From Klebsormidium nitens (Eukaryota > Plantae > Klebsormidiophyceae): a stretch of 64,000 bases of DNA. Below are positions 47,474-58,870 of the stretch, piece after piece. The DNA lies in the NCBI GenBank assembly GCA_000708835.1, contig DF237167.1:73274-137273 (forward strand), read 5' to 3'. A model generated the notes under the pieces. That model did no database searches, was not told the origin of the DNA, and saw nothing but the letters and a program-made list of their open reading frames with translations. How positions within the stretch are numbered: the first letter of the stretch is position 1; each line of letters opens with the position of its first letter. The position numbers were made by a program, and so were the translations under genes.

Positions 47474-50400
47474 TTACTTGTTGACGCACCCGCCCGAGAC
47501 GCACATCTGGGTGGCGGGGTTGCAGCACGAGAGCGTTGCCCGGGAGTCGCCGCACTCGATGAGACCAGCCTGACGGCAGCCGGTCTGGGGCTCCAATTGA
47601 CCGCGGATCGCACCGAAGGTCTGGAAGCTGCACGGAGCATACAAGTCACGTCAGAATGTGGATTTCATTGGGTCAAGAACAGGGTTCGGGAACTTGCGAG
47701 TACAATGGATAGGCGGCCTGGTGGCAACCGGTCTGGGGCTGCAGCTGACTGCGTATCGCACCGAAGGTCTGGAAACTGTTTCAGCTGGAAGGCAACTTGA
47801 AACTTGGGTTACCCACAAACGAAAGGTTGAAAGCTGGATGGATTCAGAAGTCGTTCTTTTCCAACCTGGCCCAACGTTTAGTAACCAGACTGGGGATCCG
47901 ACTGGTACTAAAGGGCATCAATGACGTCGAAGCAGTGGGCAGTGAGGCACAAAAATTTCAAGGCGCTTGTGAAACCTACGACTTATACTTGTAACCTGAA
48001 GAAAGATGGGAGATTTTCTGACGTGAAGGGCCTCGCAATCCACTCGACCGACTGCACGAGCAACCAGAGAAGGGCTTCGACATACAGCAGACAGGAAGTT
48101 TATAACAGGACCTCTTTCAAGACTGCCCAAAGGCCTATGTCTCTGGTTACTAGGTTACTGGTTTCCCTACCTGACAGTAACCCCGTTGATAACCCTGGTC
48201 TCGGGGGTGTGCAGGTCGACGTAGTAACCGGCGGGGTTAGCCAGGATGTCAGCGATAAGGGCGGGGGTAACCGCGGTGCTGTTGTTAATCGCGTTGTTGA
48301 TGGCGCAGGTAGTCACGCTGTTGCCTGCGGGAAGTGAAGAGGGCTTGTGAGTGCTCTCGTTGTCGCGGCGCACCGGAAGCTTCGAAGTCTGACAAAATCA
48401 AGTCTGATCATACCATCCGTCCGTAAAACTACGTACTCGTTCGGAGTGACGCGTCTTGACAGTCGCCAAAAGTGGAACAGCTCGACGATCCTTTCAGTTC
48501 AACCCTTCGTTAGGACCTCGTGACTGGAGTAACTTTGGGACCAAACCCGAAGAAGAAACAGTCGACAAGGGCATTGGCAGACTCAATACAGGCTGGCATT
48601 GCATATAAAGAAGACCAGAAAACCACAGATTACACCGAAGAGGCAGTGAGGCTGCGAGATAATGGGTGATGGAAGTTCAGAATGACTGTCTCGAGTACGT
48701 TTTGCAGTCAACAGCGCCCTTAGTCGAGACAGATGAAGGCCTCTGTCAAGTGGGATTAAGCCTTAACCAAAGTCTTAGCCAGCTGACTATACTTACTAAA
48801 GAATTAGGGTGGCTCTTGCCAACACAGTTTAACTGGAAAATTATCAGACCCAAAACCAAGGTGTTGACCAGCCAACTCTACATGTGTAGCTGGGAAAGGC
48901 GTTGGGGTTGCTCTTGCCTCAAGCTATTAGAAATTGTGGTTTTAACCCTACCCTAAACCAAGGGTTGAACCAGACAAGGTTACCTGTGTTCATGGGGAAC
49001 GCGTTGGGGGTGCTCTCGTCAACCCAGTTGACGACGACGGGGCCGCGGTTGCCGAAGGCCTCCTTGTGGATGTGGTAGCGGGTGACCGTTGCAAGGTTGG
49101 TCCATGTTGCAGTGAGGCAGATCTGAGAGCCAGTGACAGTCACAACGGAGGTACCGCTGCCATCAAGGTCGCCTGTAAAGAAGACAGTGAAAAGGTGTTA
49201 AAAAAATAACACTATATTTGAGAAAGTTCAGTCGACATTTGTCAACACTGACAAGGAGCAGAGGAGAGCAGAGGAGGGGTTTGAAAAAAGGAGAGGTGAA
49301 AGTAAGAGAAGTAGGAAGTGGAATTGGGGTGTTAGAAACTGAAGTGCTAGTACCGCCAAGAAAAGGGCCAAAGCAAGGACAGAGACCCTGACAAAGATGA
49401 GTCTTTTGATGAAGGATTGATCATCTAATGCTTGCTGACAAATAGCGCTGGTTTTGCAGGTTCAAATATCCTTTTTGGCGATTTCAAAACTAGCAAGGTA
49501 CGGATGATAAACCAGGGGATTGAGGGCCTGAAATCTTATGGAGAGTCTGCCATTGAAAAATCCCAGTTAGAGAACGCCTGAATTGAAGGGGCGCTACCCT
49601 AATGTGCATGCCAGGGGGCTTCCCTATTGAGGTTTGGGGAGGTTGTAACTACTGGTTGGACCAACATGAGATTGAACAGGCTTCTTTTCTAAGCTGTGTA
49701 CAGCAAACAAATTGCCAGGGCTGAGGTCAGCTTGTCAAGTCTGAGCGGCCGTGACTCGTATGTGTCGGAATGTTGGTTAACGGATATGAACTGGATGCCG
49801 AGAGTGAAGAGGAGGAGAGAAACTCAGACTGCTGATGTAAAACTCAAAGTGAGAATGAAGGGGAGGAGGAAACAAGCAGAGAAAGCAAAGCTAAGCGGAC
49901 GAATGAGCCAGGAGCCAGGAGAAGTCAAGGTCATTTATGGAATCCTTAGTGCAGGTTAATGAGCACACCAGAAGGGATTATCTTGTCGAACAGGCAGGAT
50001 AAAGCAACAGAGCTCGGTAACCCCAGTCCAGCTGAAAGCATGTAGTAGTGTTTCCTGCTTGAGATATGCAACTGAGATGTCATTTTCCCGGCTGCCGAGC
50101 TTTTGTGACAAATGCATCAAAACAGCCACCTTAACATGGACCTTGTCCACATCTGCTAGCTGTAAGTGTAAGGTATCTGCTGTGATGATGTCATCATTCA
50201 AAAAGCACAGCATTGCCTTCTAGCGCTCAATGCAAGACCCAGGACACAGTGTGACGTCATGCATTCTGCTGCACCCTGAGGTCTTCCTGGAGTGCTTGTG
50301 CTACGGCTCCTCGTTAGGTGACATGCCAAGCTGTCACTACATTGACATGCCACCCTCTCATTCCATTGACATGCCAAGCTCTTTCCTTTAAGAACAATGC

Positions 50401-50737
50401 CCCTGCTTGAGACGCCCTTGAAGTACAGACCCGTCTTCACTTGGGTTTCCCTGTTTCAGAGTTCCTCAGAACCGCAAGCATACCAACCAAAACTGTAAAG
50501 TGCAAGGATGTCTTAAGAGCCTTCAGTGACCGAATGAAGACTTCAATGAACAGGAAAAAGTGAAAACAGGATAACGATGTCTGCAATGCTGTAATACTCA
50601 CCATTGGCAGTGGGAGGGGTGGCAATGTTGCTGATGACGTTGCTTCCATACAGGTACGCGTCGAAGCGGTCGGCCTGAGCCACAGAGGCCACCGCAAGCA
50701 GGGCGGCGATAACGATCATGCACTGAGAGGCAGCCAT
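47474..50737 (-). CDS. Secreted CHRD-domain protein with a C-terminal six-cysteine tail; 4 exons, about 210 aa
   Basis: Exons 50737-50602, 49172-48984, 48324-48171 and 47627-47474 join in phase. Signal peptide (MIVIAALLAVASVAQA) and CHRD motifs (FDAYLYG, GDLDGSG, YHIHKEAFGNRGPVV, ANPAGYYVDLHT, GAIRGQL), followed by CRQAGLIECGDSRATLSCCNPATQMCVSGGC. Confidence 0.85.
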
Positions 50738-51800
50738 TGTTTCCTGAGCAGCTGAAAAGCAAGGACTCTGTTTTGTTGGACTGGAGGTTCTGTTTGTCCG
50801 AATGCGAAGCTGAACGAGGAAGCAATGCCAAATGTCTGGAGGTCTGCAGCAGGATTATCTGGCTTGCTGAAGACCAAAGTCTGGACTTCTCTGCTGAACT
50901 CTCCTGGCTTCAACCGTCAGCTACTGAGCTAGCATGAGCTGCGCTCAGCTCAACGCTAGCTTCAGGATCCACCTCACGGTCAGCTGCATTCCGCCCACGT
51001 CACGACGCATGGCCTCATACACCGAAGTCCAGTATTCAAAGACCGGTAGATGCACATTGCATGATCAGGGATGTTGGAATCGGGGGCACTTCCGGAGGGT
51101 GACTGCATAAAAGGCTCCATTGAGGCTCACGGTTCCCCGGGAGCGCCATTGTTCTAGCTACCGGTACTTGACCGGGCAGTCAAATGAAAAGACGCTGGCG
51201 GCTTGAGCCTTTTCCAAGCAGATGACGACATGGTTGATGAGGACATACTTGAGACGGCCGGCGGGACTGCCCTGTCAACAGTGTCAATCACCGAGCAGAG
51301 GACTTGTGGCGGTATAAGGTTAGCATGGGCTCAAAATGATTTGCACCGGGTACTTGATTTGTGAACACAGAATCCAATTTGGATCGAATCAAATCATCGG
51401 CCGGATCTCGCAGCATTAAAGTTTCTAGGTTCTTCCTTGACGTAGGCAAAGATGCTGACCTCACATCCGCAATCCTAGGGATCTCAACGTCCAAATTCCA
51501 GTGCTACCGTCCGGGATTCGTACCCCGCCCATCGCCACGATGACCGGTTATTGCCTTGTGGGCTGCGGACTCGACGTTAAAGTTCAGCCTCCAAAAGTCC
51601 TGGTCACCTGACCCAGGCCCCCCGGGGTTGGACTCTATCGGATTACCGGTATTAATCCGCGCGCTTGCGACGTCCGCAGTCAGATGTTGCATACGTAATG
51701 TGACGGCATGCTGTCGTGTTGCCAAGACGTCAGCTGAGGTAACGACGTCAAAATAAAGGTACATATATTGTAACGCAGATCGACAACTTCGATCACCGTT

Positions 51801-51874
51801 TCCTGGTTAGCTCAGTTGGCTAGAGCGCAAGGCTGTTAACCTTGAGGTCGCTGGTTCGACCCCAGCACCAGGAG
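51801..51874 (+). tRNA. trnN-GUU: tRNA-Asn (anticodon GTT), intronless
   Basis: Acceptor stem TCCTGGT/ACCAGGA, D arm GCTCAGTTGGCTAGAGC, anticodon arm CAAGG-CTGTTAA-CCTTG (GTT at 51835-51837) and T arm GCTGG-TTCGACC-CCAGC. Confidence 0.97.
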
Positions 51875-51899
51875 CTGTCTCGGACCCCGACGCCGCTCC

Positions 51900-51904
51900 T
51901 TTTT
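51900..51904 (+). terminator. Pol III oligo-T terminator of tRNA-Asn
   Basis: T5 run 26 nt downstream of the tRNA. Confidence 0.6.
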
Positions 51905-53995
51905 GCTTCGTTCGGGCTAACGAACTCCGCCACTACTCAAGCAACGTTGCGCCTTGCAAAGCAAGGCGGTGGTCGGTCATTTGGTGCCTCGTGAGTATCT
52001 TGCTATCACACATCGCTTCGTTATGTTAAGGGTACCGTCACTTTGAAGTGGCAGCGGGGTAGGTATTCTGATGCATGGGGGGGGGGGCTGAGGCTTGGTA
52101 TCCGGGTTGGTATCCTGGATCGGTCGGGGGAAGGGGGGCTCGAGGGCCTTTTTACATCTAAATCAGGGCGATTTCCCCCATATTTTGACCCGCTTTGTGG
52201 GTTATGAGGCCTTAGGCTTGATGCAAATTTTGACTGGTTGAGCCCCCCCGGAGGGGGCCGGGGGTTGTGGCCCTCTAAGAAAGTGGTCTGTAGAATACGT
52301 ACCCCGGCGGTGCCACTTCAAAATGACGGTACCCTTGAAGGAGCCTGTGGTCCACAAAGGCTCATAAGTTTGATTGCGTCTCGTTTGCGTAGTACTCCGC
52401 ATTACTGCGGCTATCACTGTTCCAGCAGCTCACGAGCACCGCGACGCTTGGAACGCCGGCCCGGCTGCTCAATGATACGCAACCATAGATATATGGCCAG
52501 CCGCCATCATTGTGGCCATCCGTCTGCATGCCAGCAAAGTTACAATGGGGGGCAATGGGGCCGCGGCCGATTACCAGATTGGGCTCCGCGCACTTATTGA
52601 TTAGTATAGGTTCAAGTTTTTTGGAAATTAAAAAAGATAAACCAGATGTCTCAAGCTAGAGAGTCTCAAGCTAGATCGCAAGAGGACCATGCCGCACGCT
52701 AATGTCCTCCTAATGTCATCATGCCACGTAGGTCAATTTTCTTGTGGTTGCAACGTCTAAGCTAGAGCAACCCGCTTGCGTGAAGATCGAATGTCTCAAA
52801 TATGCAAAGTTGAGTCTTCTACAATGCATTGAGTTTCACAATCGGATGGATCATTGCCCCTAGGCCCACGTACTGCCATCATGAGTCTCTGAGAATGAAA
52901 ACGGCGACGAATGTCAGCTGGCCCGCGCACGCACTGAAGTAAAGAATTGCCTCGATGAAACCGTCTTTGCGTCTTGTTGAATTGAAGCGCCATGCACAGC
53001 ATACACCAGATTACGGGCAGATGAAAGTCGGACTTCTCGCCGTGGCACGATCAAACACTCAGAAGCAAAGACTTTGACTGCCGCGCAGCGCGGCCTTTTG
53101 AGTTGCGGTTGAGTCGAGAAAAAGTCTTGAAATGTTGAAACACTCTAGAGCCTTTTGCGAGGCTACAGTCGACTTCAGGGCCTAAACGTTGGAACGTGGG
53201 TACGTAACATACACGACTCAAGAAACTCAGACGACAATCCTAGAACTTCTCTAAGTCTCAGCCTATATTCCGCCTTAAATATCATAAGATTTTTATCTGT
53301 GATCCACTACGTACGAAGGATTTTTGACTGTCGCTTCACGATTGTCTGCTGAGGACTACAACTCGGTTGATCACCGAACTACTATCTCGACAAACTGACT
53401 GCACCCAAATCGTCGAAGTATGCCTGTCCCGTAATCTTGACTTTTGACAATTGGCGACGTCCAAAGTGGTGATGACTCTGGAGTGACGCGACTCCCTATA
53501 CGTTAATATAAACTAATACCTTATAACCCTTGAGCTGAAGCTCCTAACTCAGTGGGTGCCAGTATCTGAGTAAGAACTCAAAACTCTCAAAGTAATAACC
53601 ACTTGCGGAAGTCCACGGCATATGGGCCAAACCATATAGAGAATGCCGCCCTCTACAGGCAATCACCGGCTGCGCAACTCAAATACTCTCCTTTCGTGTC
53701 ACACGCCCTGTTTCCGTATCTGCATTTGGCGAACGGAATGTTTTTGCACCCCCGGACTCTCCACTTTTGCTGATCACAGTATCTCAGACTAGAGACCTAA
53801 TAAGATAGTGTCTAGCGACTCGCCCCAAACCCACTGCCGGGCGCTTTGCTGAACGCTAAAATCGTTCGGAACCAGAGATGGACCTCGCTTTCGCGAAGTA
53901 ATCTCAGCGACCTAGGGTCTTGCCCGTCTCCTTCAAATTCTGCTCAACTCTTGCCGAATCAGTTTCGGAAACTGATCGAGCCCGTACGTAACGCG

Positions 53996-56129
53996 TCAAA
54001 AGAGGCTCCCCAGTCCAATCTGCTCAGCAAAAGGAGAGCCCCACAGGGGGGCTGCCACGTGCCCCTGTGCGCTCCACTCGCCCCCGAAACAGGTCCCGTC
54101 CAGCTGCCAAGTGTGCTCCGCTGGTTCCGCCAGCGCCTCTAGCGGAGTCCCGCTCGCGAGCGGAACGAAACGTGGGTCCTGCGCCCATTTCTCTCGTCCG
54201 TTCTCTTTTTCTGCCAAACCTAACGCTCGCTCCGTTTCCTCGTAAGCAGACGACAATTCGCCACCAAACCCGTTTACCGGCCTGGTAACCCGGTTTTCTA
54301 ACCCGCTCTGTGTCTCCCCGACCGGCACTACCCGACAAGCCGTTTCTGAGGCGTAGGACTGGGTTCCGCTGAGAGAGGGCTTTCCGGGGAAGAAGGCCCC
54401 CCCCGCCGACGGGCTTAACCCGGTGGGTTTTGGGCCGGTTAAGGTTTTGAAATACGCTAGCGCGGCCCTCATCTGCTCCTGCTGGTTGAGAATCTTGGCG
54501 ACCTGACCCGGGGTTAACTCTACCGGGCACTCCGTTCCAGCCGGTCCGAGCTGCGCTTCCTGGGCGTCGAGAAGCGCGCGCATGTGGTCGGTTAAGAGCG
54601 CGGTTATCGAGGCGGTCAGGTCGTCAGCCCTTTCCCTTAAGTCATCAAACCCATCGTTTGTATAGCCAGCGCCAGCATTCGCGCCACGAAGTCCCCGGTT
54701 TGCGTTGTTAACCACGTCCTTTGCCAGGGGGTTAGCTTCGCAAAACCCCGTTTTGTGAGGCGCGTTTACCCAGCTAACCGCGACGGTTGACCCGGCTGAG
54801 CGTTCCCCCAGAACCAAGTAGTCCCCTCCTGGGCGGAACTGCAAATCGACGGGCCAGCTGTTTTGAAACGGGGTTTCCCGTTTAACCTCCTGCTCACCCA
54901 GACCCAAACCGACCTTCCGACCACCAAGCGGCCCGTCGGATCGCCCGGTGCTTTCCACCGATCTCCTCCCCTCCGGTTTCTGCAGACACCAGACTTCAGG
55001 AGCCTTCGAACCGTTCGTTCCGTTCGTTCCGTTCGTTCTGGGCACATCTGCGGCGACCAAAGAGCCCGGCGACCAGCCACGTGGCAGTGAAAGGAACGGC
55101 TGCAGCAACGGCGGCGCGTCAACCAAGCCGCTCTCGGAGAAGTAACTGTCTCTCTGGGGGGTAGGATCGCCGTCTGGAACGAACCCCCCATGGCGGCGTT
55201 TCGAGCAGGGCTCCCCGGTTTGTGATCCCCCCGACTCATGGAACGCCGTTCGTAGCTCGCTTCCCTCGCCGAGGGGAAGCTCTGCCGACCGCAACGGTTT
55301 TCGCTTTCTCACATCCGGCGCCGTTTTGGGTCGGGAATAGACTGCCGGATTTTTTGCGGAGGCGCTGGCCCCGCCTAAGCAACTCTTCTTCGCCATGGCA
55401 ACTCTCTTCCCGACCGCCCCCCCTGAAACCGCCGGCTTCCAGGTCCCATACAACGGGAGGTCCACGGTACGTACCGCCAGGTCTGCGGGCGCTTCGGAAG
55501 TTTTAGGGGGAGTGCTTTGGGACTCGGGGTGTCTTCCGGTTCCGGTCCTTCGCAGCCCGGGGGAATCCGCTGGGGAGCCCAGATCAGACGCTGAAGTGTG
55601 GTCTGCTTCGGTCAACATTTGAGCCGTCAAGACAGTTTGTTGCAATCGAGGGGTGCTGCACCGTGAAACTCCTAGGAAGAGAAAACCGAGAGAAAGTGAG
55701 ATTGCTGGTTCTGCTGAAGCGAACTTCTACAAACTGCGACTGGTGTCGCTTCTGATTGGGTTTTCGAATCTGCCGCAATCATCCAGAAAGGACAGTTTGG
55801 TTACAGCTGCTGAAAGGATAGTTTGGTTACAGCTGCTCGATGAAATGCTTCGGGTCAAGTGAAAAGCCCGAATGCGTTCGTGGATCGTGAACGTGGAAAG
55901 TCTCACTTCAAAACAGAAAGGAAAGCGGAAAGCGCGATGTTTTGAGATACGAACCTCCTTGCTCGGCATCAGAAGACATTGCAAAAGCAGATCTCTTTAG
56001 CGAGAGGCGATTTTCGACGCCGAGCTGACATTCTTCAGGATCAGAGCACGAGATTCCTCTCTTTGGCCGCCCCTTCGGCTTCGAGAGGGAAAGGGAAGCA
56101 TACATGGTGGTGCGAGGTTCCTGGTGCAA
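53996..56129 (-). CDS. 3' part of a hypothetical, mostly low-complexity protein; 1676-nt terminal exon plus an upstream exon with an AT-hook-like KPKGRPKRG
   Basis: Exon 56129-55955 (GGA G|gttcgt) joins in phase to 55671-53996 (ttttctcttcctag|GA), which is open for about 558 codons. Further candidate exons up to about 60700 could not be assembled reliably. Confidence 0.55.
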
Positions 56130-58619
56130 CTAGAAGAAGGGGAAAGAGCAGCTGTTGAAATCAATGCTCTATCAATGAATTGTGCAACGTGACGACACGT
56201 CTAGTCACTGGAAGCTTCGACCCTCAGCCGCCAGGGTTCCTGGAAACCTGTGCTAAAACAAGACGGCTCTGACGCATGGATACGTGTACGTTACACGAAC
56301 ACACGGAAACTATCAATCAAAACCCGGCAGAGAAAAGAGAATTTAAAGGACGAATGTACGTCTTCCAGCTTGGTCCCACCGGTACGCACCACAACCCTCT
56401 CTTAGGGCTCGCGGAAAAGGATTAGAACTCCTCGTGGTTGTTTTGAGAGTCCTGAACAGCCGCTCGTTGGCGTCAGCAACCCACTGGTGGAAACAGTGAG
56501 TCGCTGACGTCACACGCAAATGGTGCGTCCGCGCTTGCAGTCACCGCACCTTCAAAGTGGTAGTTTGAGGCGCGCTGCTGATGCAGTCTAGAAAGGCTTT
56601 CAGCCGGAAGTAGCGCAGTGCTAGCGCAATAAGCAAACGGAGAAAAAACAGACCGGTAACTTGAATGATTACGACTTACCGCAGGCTGTTTCGAGCGGCT
56701 CTGGACGAATCGACCCCCAGTTCTCGTACGAATCCGCAAATGACGCGAAGAGCGGCGACAACCTGCGCTTAAAGGAGAACGTTTGTCGCCGTCCGTGACA
56801 TTCCTGGTAATGTCGGTAGAGCTAGATTGGGCCCTGAGGGGCTCATGGGCTCCTTTTCTTGAGCGGCTGACGTTTCAGTTGTCACGTCTGTGTTAGGGCG
56901 ACCGTCGGAGCCGTGCTGGAGATAGACGGTCGCCTTCTTTAACAGGCTCCCAAAGTTGGATCGCCCTGAATGGTGGGAAGCGGGGACTTCAATCTGGGGT
57001 TGACGCCTTTCACAGATGTTGACACCGTTACTCTGACAGTCGAGAAAGGAAGCAGGAACCACACAGAAGGCGTGAACAACTTTGTAGCTGTAGCTTGCCA
57101 TTATTGCGTTGTTCGACTGTTTGTCAGACGGTCTCTGCTATGGCCTCCTAGCATTGCTCAGTTAGCTGCCAGTGAAAACCACTACAAATTGAAAGGCGCT
57201 CTGTTTACAAAATTGCTTGCTCCCGATAGGGGTTGCATAATGGCACAAAAGAGCCTCGATAAAACCCAATCGGCTGGTTCTAGACGAGAATGTCAGGCTT
57301 CGTGCTCGATTAAGCCCAGAAGCCAGCAAGAAAGACAAGCCTCAACGCAGAACACTTACAAGCGGAATTTTAAGCGGAACATTAAGCGGAACATCCTTAG
57401 CTAATAAGCAAAAGGATGGCACCAAGTTGACGCCTCAACCTTCGCCAGCCAGCTGAATCAGACAATCTTTTGGGCTGAGGAGATGAGAGGGTTTCTGTGG
57501 CGATGATCAGAACGGACGGAGAGCCTGTGTGAGCTGCTTTTGTGAAGGGGCTTTCTGGGCGGATTAGCAGATACGAGGGCGCTTTGGCAGATGTAGTGCA
57601 GCTCTCCTCAGAACGAAAAGTATCTTTCGGAAAAACAGGTTAAGGGTCGGTAGGTTTGTAGAGCCTCGAGACACTGCACGCGCCAGAGAGGGAGTGTCGA
57701 ACACACACAAAGCTGACGCGTTCAAGCATGCAGCCAGATTAGAGACACTTTCAGGGGGACTCAATTTCAGCTTCGAATCAAAGAGTGATTATGACTTTTG
57801 TCTTTGCGAATTAGAGAAAAGAGTGAGCTACCTAGGGGAAGGCCAACATGGAAACGTAAAGCTACGAGAGCGCTTCGTAATTTTCAAGTTTTCCAGAGAC
57901 CTTCAATGATTTCGTCGACCGATTCCGATCGCCATAGCTTGAAAGAAGAGCTGCGTCTCTCACCACTCAGATGTTTCTGTCGATCGGTTTGATTGTCAGC
58001 AGCGCCCAATGCCTGCCATAGGTGCCGAATGTGTCCCAGCCTGGCTCCAAGTTACGATTGCTTCAGTTTCTTTGTTCCGTCTTCCTGCAAAAGAACCGGG
58101 GACTCGAAATGGGTTTCCCAATTCAAACAGGAAACATGTGGGCAATCGAACGGATTATCACAAGAGTTTGAACAAACGAATAGCCTTTGATCCTGAGACT
58201 TTCGGAGAGATTCACCTAAGGGATGTTACCAGACCTAGTAACGGGATAGCGGTGTAACATACAGACAGTGGCTTTACTTGAACTTGATTACACTCACAGC
58301 TTGCTTTCTCCACTATCTACTCCAGATCCCAGGCGTCTAGATGAAGCAACAAGCAAGGCCACTGAGAAGCTAAGCACTGGCAGAGCTCAGACCCTTTCAG
58401 GTGCAAGCGCTTTGTGATCAACAACGCTTGGAAAGTTTCGAGCTTAAATTGTCCAATAAGATAAGCGTTCAGGTCTTCAATCTCAAAGATGTTATAATCC
58501 TCCCTTGTCAGCACGCATCAGCTCACATTCACTTTAAGGCGGAACACCGCACGCTTATGCGACTACAGTAAACTAACAGCTGAGCTACTTAGGCCTAGAC
58601 AAGATTTGAGAGATTGAGC

Positions 58620-58870
58620 TGCTTGTGGCTTGTGCTTATGATATGAGCTTGCAGGTCCTGACAGCTGGCAGGGAAAAAAGCTTAAGAAGCATGCTCAACC
58701 ATGATTTAGGGGGATCAGCTTATGACATGTTCAGAGGACTTTGCAGTGAGCCTGACAGCTGGCGGGGGGGGCCTTATCAGACAAGCCTACTTCAAGGAAC
58801 CCAAGGCAGGGTGAGTCCATCTGACTGCTTCTGCATTCGTGAGGAGGTCACAGTGTGACAGCTGGCAATC
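58620..58870. repeat. Degenerate tandem repeat, about 95-100 bp period, 2-3 units
   Basis: tgacagctggc recurs at about 58659, 58754 and 58857. The first two are preceded by gcttatga(t/c)atg...ttgcag. Confidence 0.5.

Noticed and set aside
49956-50213. 85-aa ORF inside CHRD intron 1
   Set aside because: No family match or splice support; treated as chance.
54024-55239. 168-aa and 157-aa alternative-frame ORFs overlapping the long terminal exon
   Set aside because: Expected in GC-rich coding sequence; there is no separate splice or start evidence.
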